Source: Chrysomallon squamiferum
Lineage: Eukaryota > Animalia > Mollusca
Length of the DNA: 64,000 nucleotides
Direction of reading: 5' to 3'
Assembly (NCBI GenBank): GCA_012295275.1
Contig: CM022672.1
Coordinates: forward strand, 28,768,001-28,832,000
In this document: positions 1-12,907 of the stretch, piece by piece
How the letters are laid out: each line of letters begins with the position of its first letter
How positions within the stretch are numbered: position 1 is the first letter of the stretch
Made by a program: the position numbers and the translations under genes
The notes under the pieces: generated by a model
Told to the model about the DNA's origin: nothing
Database searches by the model: none
What the model saw: the letters and a program-made list of their open reading frames with translations, nothing else

Positions 1-834
1 AACTTCCAAGAAGAATAAATATTCTTAATACAGAAATGAAAGCAGGAATAGATTAAAACTCCGAACTTTGTTGACTAGCATAAATACATATTCAATGTTT
101 GGAAGTGGGAAATAATTTTATTATACTTTTTATACCAGTTCTAAGGACAGAACATTTTTTATTTGTCAACATTCTGTTTCTTTCATTCTTTTGAAAAATG
201 ATAAGTTGATTAATAGAAATTTATTTTTTGAAGCCTAATGACATCTTATGTTTAATCATTTCATTAGTATTTTAATGTACTTGAATATTTTAAGTTTACA
301 AGAAAGAAATCAAATATTACAAACTATATTTTATTTTACATACACATCATTTTGATTGCATTTGTGAATGACAGCATAAATGTGAAACTGATATATTAAC
401 TTTTTCAGTGAATCTTCCTTATAACTTCTTTATTTTTTATTCTTTTATTTTTTTTTTACATCAATTCTAGATATCTCTACGATAGTTTGTTACATATGTG
501 TTTGTATTAATTCAGAGTTCACATTCATTGTTCTTTGGATAAAGTTTATTCTTTTATTATTTTTGTGTTTTGTGAATTTGATTTTTTTCTGATTCCTCCC
601 AACCCTGTAAACAAGTATTCAAAAAAAAAAAAAAAAAAAAAAAGTAAAAAAAAAAGTGTTTGGTTTATGGGCTTTTTCATTATATTACTTTATAAAATTA
701 ATAAATCACTAAATGTCAGGTGAACTGTGGATATGTTTAGAATATATTATAAACATAAGAGAATGGATTCAGCTGAAGTGCTGAATAGTGTCACCTGCAA
801 CCTGACTACCACACTGGCATATTTTCCTTTTCAG

Positions 835-1069
835 GTCAGCTATTCAGAGGATTTCAGACACCATTGTTTCATCATCCCAACACATTTGTCATGAGTGTGG
901 TAAATGTTTCACCACTCGGGGGAATCTTATGAGACACGCCCAAAGTGTGCATGAACAAGTCACTTTTACCTGTCCAGGCTGTAGACGAAAGTTCAACCAG
1001 AAGAGCAATTTAATGCGACACTTAAAATTTAACTGCAGAGTTATAAAATCTTTATCAGAAAAAATATAG
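835..1069 (+). CDS. Alternative terminal exon P1: C2H2 + C2HC zinc-finger pair (missed by ORF track)
   Basis: Acceptor ttttccttttcAG ends 834. Frame from 836 reads SAIQRISDTIVSSSQHICHECGKCFTTRGNLMRHAQSVHEQVTFTCPGCRRKFNQKSNLMRHLKFNC...KI*, TAG 1067-1069. Phase 2, no upstream ATG. Confidence 0.88.
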
Positions 1070-2898
1070 TTTGCAAATAGTCAAATGAAAAAACATTTTC
1101 CATTAGTAGCAATGATGAAAAGTAACTGATACTGACTGCAGTTGTATTTCTGGTGGTTTGGGTGTTTGTTTAAATCTTTCTATTGGAATGTTTTTCTGTT
1201 TATGCAGACCCTGATATTTCTGTGCAGTAAGATCAGGTTAAAATAGAAATTATATTATTTATTCATTACTATCTAGAAGGTAATTTAAAAAACATAATTA
1301 AAAAAACATCCATGCATAATAAACACGCAAGAAGAACTTATGTTTTGAAATATTTGCAACAGAACTACTTTAAAAAAACAATAAAAAAACAAAAACAAAC
1401 ACACACACTTTTATTATTTATTTTTAATTAATTATTGTTACTGTTATTGTTATTATTTTTAATGTTTCAAAAGATCAATTTTGGGAGTATTTTAATTGTA
1501 TTTTTATGCATTTTTATAAAGACATCAAGCCTATTTGTTTCATAGTTACTGGAACTGGTATTAAAAACTGTATCGGTCACATTTAGCTATAGAACTGTAG
1601 ATCATAACCATCCAGCAACTGTTACATATTTTACACTGCTGTTGTTTTAACAACTTCTTAACATTTTATGGAATTTGTCCCTTTGTAAAGAGATGATATT
1701 TACATGTTTGATGCCAAATGTTAACACTGCAGTCTATTCTGTTTGACAGATATCATTATTTTTTTTTTTGTGTTAATTTTAAATGTGTTATGTAATGACA
1801 TAATGTAATTTATTAAAATAATCTTTAGGTGAAGTACAGAAATCAGTGAAAATTAAGATAAAGTTTCAGGAAAGGCTCATTAATAAAGTCTGATAAAGTA
1901 ATCTTAATAATGTTAGTTCAAAATGAACTGAATCATTGGGGGAGAAACCTCAAACTTAGAAATAATTTTAAATGGTTGATTTGATATAACCAACTTTCAC
2001 AATGAAATGTTTTGTCACAGTTATTTCTTTGTGTAAGATGATCTTTTACATCTCTGTAGAAACAAAATAGGAAATACAAACGTACCTGAAATAATCAAGT
2101 GAAATCAAGAACCTGTGCAGATTTAAGTATTAACATTTTTTAATATTTTTCACTGATTTAACCTCATTACACCATTTTTAGGTCACCTTTTTTTTTTCAG
2201 TTTAGGATTAAGTGATAAGTTATTTGGAATATAATCTTCCAGCCAAGATTAATTTCTAATAAAGTTTTAATCTTTGAAACTTACTATTATGTACTAGAAG
2301 ACAGACATGGATATAAAATAAAGAATGGTTTGAATATTTGTGACGCTAACAGCTAATAATGAGTCACCATATCTGTGCATTAAAACTCTTCTTCTTCCTT
2401 TAAAACAACTGCAGTAAATTAGAGTACTTCAAATTTAAATAAATAAATAAATAATAATAAACATAATAATAAATTTCTTTTCCATGATACTAGTTCATGA
2501 AAGAATTAAAGATTATTAATATTTGTATTTTCAGACTGTTTGATTGGTAAAGATATAGTTATCATTATTTTACATGCAGTCATTGGCAGTTGTCTCATCA
2601 TACATACTTGGTTAATGATGCAAATTATTATTATCTTTTTTTTTTTCGAAAATTGTATTTTGTAATAATCATGAATGTTTATTATTTGGTTTCATTATTT
2701 TAACTAAATATTGTAATCACAGTTTAAAAGCCATGTTAAATAATAAAAATATTCAGATGGTTATTGTTATCATTATATTGATTTTATTTTTTGAATCAAT
2801 TTTAATAATTTTTAAAAACATTGTTACCATTGTTTTCTGAAGCACATTTTTCATATCCTTTTGATATCCACCAACCTGCTACTTGTTTACAATTTCAG

Positions 2899-3154
2899 AT
2901 CTCACAGAAACTTCAGAAAAAGTAAGGATTCTAGTAATGGCTGTGTGGGTAACAAGACTTTGCATCACACTTGCTACATTTGTGGCAAATATTTTGCTAA
3001 ACGTTTTTGTTTGCTGAGGCACATACAGAGTCTTCATGATAGAGTGTGCTTTGACTGTCCAGCTTGTGGAAAAAAATTTAATCAAAAGAGCAACTTCATG
3101 AGACATTTCAAAATGTCATGCAAACATGTTGTCAAGATTGGTGAAAAATCATAA
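2899..3154 (+). CDS. Alternative terminal exon P2: C2H2 + C2HC zinc-finger pair
   Basis: Acceptor aatttcAG ends 2898, phase 2. CYICGKYFAKRFCLLRHIQSLH and CPACGKKFNQKSNFMRHFKMSC. Confidence 0.88.
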
Positions 3155-4599
3155 TCACAAGTCAATCCTAATAGTACTGTGTGGAATAATTGTAAAGACT
3201 GTCTTGTTGGTCTCAAGATGAGGTTCAAATATTGATATAATTTGTATCATTTCATATTGATTAATCCAAAATGGAATGGATGTTGGACTGAACTACAACT
3301 ATAAAATTGGAATATTTTAATTTTAATTTTTATTTGTTATATACTCGAATGAAAAACAAAATTGCTACTATTATTATCAGACAGTTATATAGTACTTTGA
3401 ATATTTCAACATTGGTGTCTTGAAGATATTCAATTTTAACTACATCAAAAAAACTGGTAAATGAATCAATCTCTTGTGTGAAACTGGTGTGTCAAAAGTT
3501 TGAGAGTTAAGCAAAGAATAGAGAGAATGTGGACAGCATGTTGATATCAAGTGACATGCAGGTAGATTTGGTACTTGAGTACAAAAGTTGGACTTAGATG
3601 AGGATAAAGTTTATCTTTATTTTAATTTAAAAGAGATTAATTTGCAATCATTCTAATATTGTTGGATCTCACATCTAATAAATGAACAAATTGGAGACAG
3701 AGTATTCACCCAAAAAGTAGATCAGCTTGTAGCTGCAGAATTCATTCACTACAAGAAAGATTGTTTTACATCCACATCCTGAGTTTAGAATTTCTTAAAA
3801 TTACAACTTCTTAATTTTTATATTTTGCAAAATCCATATGTACCTGGCATTTATATTTCTTACATTCCTGTTTAATATCCAATAGGTCAAGCATAACTAA
3901 GTTTTCATGGAATGAAATTTATAATAAAACTATTAAAGTTTTTAAACTTCAGAAGAATATAAATCTGTTCTGTCATTTGGTTACTGCAGTTATTTTATTT
4001 TCAGATAGATTATAATTTTCTGTGTACAAATGTTAATAATTTTTTAGAATATTTTACTGCACTATCATAACTAGTTTAATGTATATTTGAAACAATTTGT
4101 GTCTTACCCAAATTATCATCCATTTACAGACATGATTATCATCTATGTGTAATATTTCTTTGTTTTCTAAACCAGTGAGTGAACACTGGAAAAGATTTTC
4201 AACCAATTCACTTTTTCTTTTTGAGTATGTTAGCTTTAAAAACTCTGAGAACATTACATGTTTTTCTGTATGCTTATTTCACTTTCATCAAAAACTTTAA
4301 ATGTTGTGAATATATTTATGCTGAAAAATGTATGATGACATCTTTCTTTGCAACAATTTTTATGAATTCTTCTTATTGGAAATTAATAACTTTAGTTAGG
4401 AATGGACACATTTGAATTTTCATATATCCCCAAAAATATTGCCTTACTTTGAAAGGTGGTAATGAATTTTTTAAGCTACAGAAAGAAAAAGGCATATACA
4501 AGCTGCAAAAAGCTGTTGTTATTGTTTTCATATATCAGGAAAATGAAAAAGAATCCAGTATGATGTCAAAACCAACAAAGTAATTCTTTCCTATTTCAG

Positions 4600-4834
4600 A
4601 TTCCATGGGGACAGCAACTTGAAGTTGTCAGATAGTAGCAGGACCATGGAACATGTTTGCAATGTTTGTGGGAAAGCTTTTGCCACAAGTGGCACTTTGA
4701 AAAGACACAAGCAGAGTTTACATGAAAACTTGTCATTTGTGTGTCCTGGTTGTGGAAAAGACTTTAATCAAAGAAGCAACTTCATGAGACATTTAAAAAT
4801 ATATTGTAAATATGTTGATAAATTGTCACATTAA
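4600..4834 (+). CDS. Alternative terminal exon P3: C2H2 + C2HC zinc-finger pair
   Basis: Acceptor ttctttcctatttcAG ends 4599, phase 2. CNVCGKAFATSGTLKRHKQSLH and CPGCGKDFNQRSNFMRHLKIYC. Confidence 0.88.
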
Positions 4835-4900
4835 TCAGTTTGCTTGTTTTTAACTGATTTGATGATCCTTTCCAACAGAGTGATTCCTTTGCTGTTTCAG

Positions 4901-5168
4901 GTTTCATTGGACAAGAGGACATTCTAGCTTGTTGGGTCACAACAAGATCTTCAAGCATTATTGTAATGTGTGTGGCAGAGGTTTCTCTACAAGAGGCAAC
5001 GTACAAAGACATAAACAGAGCATTCATGAAAAATTACAGTTTGCTTGTCCAGACTGTGGTAAAATTTTCAACCAGAAAAGTAACTTCATGACACATACTA
5101 GAATACATTGCAAAAAAAGGATGAAGAAACAACTTGATGCATCTATTGCAGATGGAACTAACCATTGA
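4901..5168 (+). CDS. Alternative terminal exon P4: zinc-finger pair
   Basis: Acceptor ttcctttgctgtttcAG ends 4900, phase 2. CNVCGRGFSTRGNVQRHKQSIH and CPDCGKIFNQKSNFMTHTRIHC. AATAAA at 5182. Confidence 0.88.
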
Positions 5169-6468
5169 TTTTCATTGCATCAATAAAATACACTGAAGAG
5201 GATTTACTGGAAAACAATACAAGGAAAATGTATTCACATGGTATACATTGAATTAACTGAGCCATATTGGAAGTGCTACATTGAAAATACTTTTGTGTTT
5301 TCATTATTTAAAGGATTACAGCTTCTGAAAATGATAATCTTTCAGTAAATGGTTTGGATAAATAAGATTTTATAACCTTTTTCTATTGAAAGCCAACAGA
5401 TTTATGTTGCTGCATTAATTTTCTAGAATGTTCAAATACGTACTTGTTATTTTACAGTTTTTAGCTGAACAGTGAGATGATGGGGATGGCTTTTATTGTT
5501 TTTAAGAAAACTGTATCAGCCACCTGCTACAAAACTATAATCTTTCCCTTTTGACTGCTAAAATGTTAGGTTCTCAAGAGGTTTTTTTTAAATGTTTGAT
5601 TAATACATCTCCAGAAACTGAGAACAAACCTGATTTTGTTACATTGTGTATTGTTTTCTTTGATTTGTTTTTGTTTTTTTTTGCTAAAAAGTAAGTTACT
5701 ATTATTTAAAACAGTTTAACTATGAATACACTGGGCTCTGAATTAACCTTCAGATTGCATTGCATTGGTTAAATTTAGTTTAGTACAATCTAATTTCATT
5801 CAAGTCAAAAATTGGAACATTAAAAATGGTTTTACTTAATGATCTTCTGTTTTGCTTTTAATAATATCTTCAATGTTTGTTTCACATAATTCCTAACAGA
5901 TCAATCTAAAACTGAATGTTACTTGATAAAAAAGTATATTTCATTCATCTAGGAGTGTCAGATTAATAGCAGTTGGGTTAAAATAAAGTCAGTTGCATGA
6001 AAACTTTCAATAGAAAATTTCTCTGTATTGAGTCATTTATTGCTGTTGTCACCTTTCTTAATTAGTTAAATTAACTTAATTTTTAATGTTATAAACAACA
6101 GCACAATCTATTATTACAATGAAATAAAAGGGTGAAAAATTATCTGTTTATTTATAAATTGTTCAAACTGAAAGCTAGGAATATATTTTTTTATTACCAA
6201 CAGTATATCTTTTCTTCCATTAAATTATCTTTTTATTCTTTCTTTACAAAAGAAAATTATAATTTGTTGCTGTATTAAATGAATACTAGCAAGTTATAAT
6301 GTGACACTTTGATAAATTAATCCTGGAAAACCTTATGATGAAACATTTTGTAGGAAATAAGGAATATGTATATTTACATACGTGCAGTCATCTCTGTTAA
6401 TTATTTTATTTTTTTTAAGATGGTATTTTCTTCTATCCAAACCAACTGGCAGTTCCTTTCCTTTTCAG

Positions 6469-6724
6469 ATCACATGATAGGAGAAGTGAGAATAGCAATC
6501 CAGCTGAAAGCAGTTTTGGTTGGAGAAGATTTAAACACACTTGCAAAGTTTGTGGCAAACATTTTTCTACTAGAGGCAGTTTGCTCCGGCACGATCAGAG
6601 TATCCACAGAAATATTTTTTACTCTTGCCCAGGTTGTGGAAAACAGTTTAATGAGAGAAGCAACTTCATGAGACATGTCAAACAGTACTGTAAATCAGAT
6701 GTATACTCACAGACTCCAAAATAG
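6469..6724 (+). CDS. Alternative terminal exon P5: C2H2 + C2HC zinc-finger pair (missed by ORF track)
   Basis: Acceptor ttcctttccttttcAG ends 6468. Frame from 6470 reads SHDRRSENSNPAESSFGWRRFKHTCKVCGKHFSTRGSLLRHDQSIHRNIFYSCPGCGKQFNERSNFMRHVKQYC...PK*, TAG 6722-6724. Phase 2. Confidence 0.88.
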
Positions 6725-7478
6725 AGTAAACAGCTCCATACTTATTTAAAATATAGCAATAAGATGATTAATCAAAGTATCTTACCTGTAACATATCAAA
6801 ATTTTAAATGGAATTTTTACTTGGCCAAAGAGATAGATGCAACAGTTCTGCAGTCTGCAATAAAAAATAATGCCAAAACAGGAAAAAACATCCCACCAGT
6901 GTTCATCATATTCTGTTTGGTGATTAAAACACATTTCACATATCTGCATTTGTCATGATTCTGTAATTTGTGATGCATTTTACAATGTTTTCACAGCTAA
7001 GTTTATGTAATGTAGCATCATGTAGCTTGTCTAGGTTCAGCTGTGACATATTTATAGACATGTTCTTTCAAATGCATGAGCTGTTATATAAAATATTTGT
7101 TTTCCTGTTTATAAAATTAAATATTACTTCTTTCAAAAATGTGTTGTTGTTTCTATGTGTAAGTCATATGCCAGATATATTTAATTAAAAATGAAAGCTA
7201 TATTGTGTATAATCACTGACATATATAGTCACACTTGCATGAAGATATTACGGTCCTATATGCTTGAATTGTGGATGTAAAGAATATATATAAATATGGG
7301 CACCAATCTGTAATCTGTATGAATATGCAAATAATTGTCTACATGCATGCACATGCACACACAGACACAAAAATTACTGAACTGAAGAAATTGACACTGT
7401 TGATTTCTGGTTTTATTTCATCTTGTAATAGCCGACTAAGAGGGAGATAATTACACCTATGTATTGCTTTGTTTTCAG

Positions 7479-7731
7479 GCCATCACGAACATCTTCAGCA
7501 AGGTATCTGTCAAAACTGACACATGCTGATGGTTCTACAGCTGTGTATAAATGTCATCTGTGTGAAAAACAGTACTCAGAGAAAAGAAATCTTTGGAGAC
7601 ACAATCGATTTGTTCATGAGAAGGTCAAGAAATATGTGTGCAGTTTGTGTGGCCAGAGATTCATGCAGAAATGTCACTTAACTAGTCATCTCAATAGTAA
7701 ACTGGTGCATGCTGGATTCCACAACTCATAG
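7479..7731 (+). CDS. Alternative terminal exon P6: C2H2 zinc-finger pair
   Basis: Acceptor ctttgttttcAG ends 7478, phase 2. CHLCEKQYSEKRNLWRHNRFVH and CSLCGQRFMQKCHLTSHLNSKLVH. Confidence 0.87.
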
Positions 7732-8456
7732 CTCCAGAATATTGGTGCTTACTAGATACCTCAGCATTGTCAACTTAGAAAAATACATGTTCTGCTAATA
7801 CTGAAGTTATAGTAACACTAACAGAACTAATTTGTGCTGATTTGTCATTTTGTATATCTGTATTTTCAAAATGTCTTGTGTTTTTCTTTTTTTCTTTTTT
7901 TACATCACCAGTAGCATTTGCTTTAGAAACTGATGTTATTACATTTTTAAATTTACATTTTAGTATAAAAGGGTAAAAAACTGAGTGTGTGTATATATAT
8001 ATATATTTTATTCTTTTTAATTATTATAACGAGAGATGAATGTTCAACCAATTATACATTATGTTCATAGTTGTGTTCCATATATTTTGTTTTTGTATCA
8101 TCAAAAAATTAATTTAAAACATAAACATTTAACAAATGATTACAAAATTTACTAATCTGTGCTGTCAAAAATAAACAGTGAAAGACCCAGTGATGTCAGC
8201 TCAGTATTGTTGTGATAGTGCAGTTACAAGTTTAAGATGATGTATGACAGTACATGCCTGAACTAACAATACAGTTGTATTTGAATACAGATTTTTAATA
8301 CAAATGTTAAACAGAGTTACATAACTGATTTAAAAATAAAAAAAGAATGTTGTTAAATCCATATATTCTGTGTATTTCTTAGAGTTTTTCTTCATTATTG
8401 GATATGACACTGTGCCTGTATTTGAGCAACAAAGGAATTTATCCTTTTACTTTCAG

Positions 8457-8673
8457 AGTGTCCACACGACTTGACAAAGAACTGGCTGGTACTAAACAGT
8501 ATGTTTGTTCTCAGTGCAGCAAAGTGTTCACTCTTCATCACAATCTGCTACGACATCAGAGAAGTGTACACAGACAGGGATTCAACTTCAGCTGTGCATT
8601 TTGTGGCAAACTGTTCTTTAGAAAGGACCATTTGAACTTGCATCTGAAAGGAAAACACAACATCACAAATTAA
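8457..8673 (+). CDS. Alternative terminal exon P7: C2H2 zinc-finger pair
   Basis: Acceptor ccttttactttcAG ends 8456, phase 2. CSQCSKVFTLHHNLLRHQRSVH and CAFCGKLFFRKDHLNLHLKGKH. Confidence 0.87.
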
Positions 8674-10534
8674 CAGTGTTAATTGAATAGTTAACATTCA
8701 ATGAGGGGATCAGATTAACCATTTCACAGCTAAGAACTGAACTGAGTTAATCAGATATTTTACTGCCTATGTTTTATAAACAATACAAGGATATAATGAG
8801 GATGGTATAAATAATGACTTTTAGGTCTGTATATTTCAAGGTAAACAATAAAGATGATTACAGAAAATACTAGTTACATTTAAACAAGGGCTTCCATATC
8901 ATATTTGGACTTTTAGGTCAGATCAATTGACATCATTCTACAGGGTAGAACAGATCTATAATCTGCTCATTGCTGGGCAACAGGCCTTCACTGAATAACT
9001 GACATGAATTTGAAGCAAACAGTGATACAGATTTTATCTACTCTGAGTCATGTTCGTTATCAAAATAATTTATTATTTCAAAGCTGTTCTGTTTGTCAGA
9101 AAAATCAGATATTTCAATAAAGTTTTCAGCATCTCCCATAATTATTGTAACCTTTGAAACTCATTCTTTCTTAAAGATTTTAAAGTTGGAAAATGTTTCC
9201 TTCTTTAAATTAATTGCAACTGCTTAAATTTAAATTCGATATTTAATTCTTATACACAGATAAATATATCAAAAACATTCAGTGACTGCAGAATATTAAT
9301 ATATTTTGTGTTGGAGATGGAAATTACACTGAAAAGGTGAAATATTTCCCACTGGTTGGTAGTTCATTTGTCATCAATGTTTCACCACTTTGTATTTATA
9401 AAGTAAGAATAAATCATTTTTAAGTATTAAGATCCAGGGGTATAAGTTAAACTCACAGCATGTTACTTCTGTGGACAATGGAAAAATTGTGAAAAAAAAG
9501 GAAATAATGAAAAAAAAAATAATCTCAGAATTTTCTAAATCATTTAAAAAGACTGAAAATAATAACTTGTTTAATTTTTTTTTAAAGAATAAAAAATCAA
9601 GTTTTGTTATGACTGACAATTTTTTTTTTTTTTTTTTTTTTAATTTTTATTAAATATATTTCTCAAATCTTTTATAACTTGTCTCTTGTTTAGATGCATT
9701 ACTTTCTTTTTATTTATTGGATTCCAAATGGACAGTGATTTACAGTTCTTCATATAAATAATTAGAATAAAGAAAAAAACAAAAAGTTCCAAACAAACTT
9801 GCCACACTGTCATAACATATGGTTTTTTTTATTATTATTATCTTATTTTATATATGTTTTCTAATTCACACATAAAGATTACAATTAAAATAAAATTTTG
9901 TTTTACAAGGTAGGTTTTGGCAAGCAAAATATAATAATGTATATAATAAAAGTGATATATTGAGGCTTTCTCCATAAAATTAAGTTTTATTACCATCACT
10001 ATTTTTCATTTTCAAATTTTTACTTAATAATTCATCATATAATTTTACAGAATAAGGGAAAGAACAAAACAAAGAACTTCATAGTTGTAAGATGGAGTAT
10101 ATATTTGGTTCCTTGGTTTTTAAAGTTAAGAAGCATTTTAAAATAGTTTACTTCTGAGAAATTGAAATGACTGCCACTGAGGCTTATATCCAAAGACCCT
10201 TCAAACATCAAAAAATGTCCAATTTTTTCTCATCATCTTCAAGATATTTATTAAACAAGTACTTTAGGCCTTGGACTATAATACCTCACACAGGCTATGA
10301 GAATAATTTGAACTGCCAAAAGTTGATTAACCAACTTGAATAGAAAACTTTCAGTGTTGAAGCTCAGATGTCAAGTTTCTCTCCACATCACAGCCATCAT
10401 CTCATCAGTGTGTTTGCATTGTATTAACACTTAATGCTTCTCATTTTAAAACTGGTGGAGAGTCTTTGTTCATACCATTTTAAATACATCTGTAACTGCT
10501 TATAATTTGCTAGATTTCTAGTAAGCACTATGGT

Positions 10535-10830
10535 GATCACTAATGCTAAGAAGAATGCAGATAATATTTACAAGAGTTTTTGAAATTTGAATTCATACCT
10601 TCCATTTGCTAATGAAGCAATCCTATGTGCTTCTTATGCGAAAAGACTTTAAGTAATGAATCATGAAACCTGCTAAATGAAAGACCACCTCAAAAAGATT
10701 CACTTTGCTAAGTAACGGAAAGATCTTAGTTTAATAAAAAAAAAAATGCTGAATGAAAAAAAAAGAAGGGAAATCTGGCAAATGTTAAAAGTAAATACAC
10801 AGCTATCAGTTCATTGACAACTATGACTGA
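10535..10830 (+). mobile_element. Decayed hAT (Buster/Charlie-like) transposase 5' fragment with BED finger
   Basis: Frameshifted hand translation gives ...EFLKFEFIP...PMCFLCEKTLSNES.KPAK.KDHLKKIH, matching the Buster/ZBED5-type BED motif C..C...LSNESMKP.KL..HL...H. Boundaries approximate. Confidence 0.6.
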
Positions 10831-12032
10831 GAGGGTGTTGAGTATGGACTGGCTGTATCTCGGCTGGTTGGTTCATTGGGAAAAATTATGAGCTTTGGTA
10901 CTGAGCTTAGCCACAACACAGATTTTCATTATGTACTTTAAAACAAAGCAACAGCTAAGCTAAAATGTTTTAAAATGTTATAAAGACTACATTGCTAATG
11001 ATGAATAATATAGTTAATACTTTATTAAGTATTTTAAAAAAATAGAGCATATGAGGAAAGAACATTTAAATCAATTCATTTATGCGAAAACAGGTATTAC
11101 ACTGGTCCATTATGTTTTGATTCCAACGAATGATAAATTATTGTAGCTGTGTTATCATCATGTTTCACTAAAGTTCAAATAGCATATAAAATAAATAGAC
11201 AAATGAAAAAGAAAAAAAACCCACTTTGGAGAATTATGTTATAGGTCTTGCACTGACTAATGGTACCTGAAACCTCTTGGAACTAAATGTGGCAATTTGC
11301 AAACAAGCTGCAAAACTTCATCATACTCAACTTCTTGTGTTTATCTTGATGATGACTATGAAGAATCAGAGAAAGTGTTTTCAGATTTTTTGAAAAATAG
11401 AATCACATACAACAACCTTTTTACCCTGCCTTTAAGAATGGATCAGCACTGCATAATATGACCCAAATGTTTGAAAATATATCTTGAAATGGTTGACAAT
11501 CATAGCACTGCAATATGAAATGCTCCATTCTTTGTTAGCAAAGAAATGTAATCTTAGTTCATACTTTCCACATAATGTTGATACTGTGTGAGCTTAAATT
11601 ACATAATTCACATCAATGGTGTCAAGTCTCTTATCGGTTATTCACACAAAAATTCATATTTTGGCTCCTAGGTGTCACTTTCATACCTGAATAATACATT
11701 CATAGCATCTAGGACAGACTGTTACGAGATAATTGTCCTGAGACAGCTTGCTGTCAGCTATTTTGAATTTATGCAGATTAGTAGTGTGATATTCAGAGAT
11801 AGAAAGTGTCATAAAAATTTCTAATGTAATTTTTTCTAGGTTACTTATAATCCTACTGGCCTCTCTCTCTCTCTCTCTCTTTCTCACACACACACACACA
11901 GACATTTTTTTGTTTGTTTTTGTTTTAATAAGGTTACAAGTTAGACTGATTAATAGTCTTACAGAATAAAAATCATTTAAAACAATTACTGGAAGCAACA
12001 AAAAGCAACTTTACATTCAACAAACATTATAC

Positions 12033-12033
<1 letters not shown>

Positions 12034-12073
<40 letters not shown>
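12034..12073. repeat. (TG)n microsatellite
   Basis: About 20 perfect TG units; a (CT)n/(CA)n run lies nearby at about 11860-11900. Confidence 0.95.
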
Positions 12074-12074
<1 letters not shown>

Positions 12075-12678
12075 CAGGCAATTTGTCCTTCCACTATGAC
12101 TTACTTTTCTGTAACTGGAAATAAATGATTTTACTTTAGTTTTTGGGCGTACAGGTGTTCAGCTTGTATATGTTAAGTTGAGTATATAACATTTTAATTT
12201 AAAATCACTTTCCATATTCATTCTTACCACAGTTGTTAGCAAATATGTAAATTAATCATTTTCAGATGTTTATATTTTGTTGAGAAATAGTTGATTAAAT
12301 AATTTGTAAACATAAACAGTATGTCTCTGGATGATTATTTTTATTTTCAGATTTTAAAAAAGGGTGCGTAGCATTCTTGTGATGAAATAAATTTCTTTAC
12401 AAGAAAAAAGTAACAGTTTAAAAAAAGAAATCATTCCTTTGGTCTCTCTGTGTAAGTCATCATATTTGTTTTTTTCTCTCTCTCACTTTTTTATTATTTA
12501 TTTAAATGCTAAAAACAAAGCAAGATCCATTACAACATTTTTTTTTTTTGAATCGATGATGCATTTACAGCAAACTTGATTGTGCCATTGGATGCATTTG
12601 CATATTCATTAATAATGTTTTGAAAATAGTCCAGTTGGAGTCTGTGTTGTTAATATGAGACAACTGTTCTGTTTTCAG

Positions 12679-12907
12679 GAGACCTAATAGAAGAGCTGTG
12701 AAATCAGCATTAAGGAACATGTCACATTTAAGTTTGCACATTTGTCCTACATGTGGCAAATCATTCACACAGCGTGGCACAATGAAGCGCCACCATCAAA
12801 GTGTGCACCAGAAAGTGGCAAGATTCCAGTGTCCATTCTGCAACAGGAAGTTTTCCAGAAACGATCACCTTGGTCAGCACATGGTCTACTGCAAACGGAA
12901 ACTTTGA
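12679..12907 (+). CDS. Alternative terminal exon P8: C2H2 + C2HC zinc-finger pair
   Basis: Acceptor gttctgttttcAG ends 12678, phase 2. CPTCGKSFTQRGTMKRHHQSVH and CPFCNRKFSRNDHLGQHMVYC. Confidence 0.88.

Noticed and set aside
3440-3780. Coding-like stretch with DQLVAAEF..Y...C, reminiscent of invertebrate DNA-transposon proteins
   Set aside because: Too degraded to assign without a search; similar unassignable relics lie at about 11200-11700, 14440-15300, 40850-41050 and 43400-44900.
2879-6676. Similar antisense ORFs starting MSHEVA (2879-3106, 6470-6676) and other ORFs overlapping finger exons
   Set aside because: Shadows of the paralogous finger exons on the other strand or frame.
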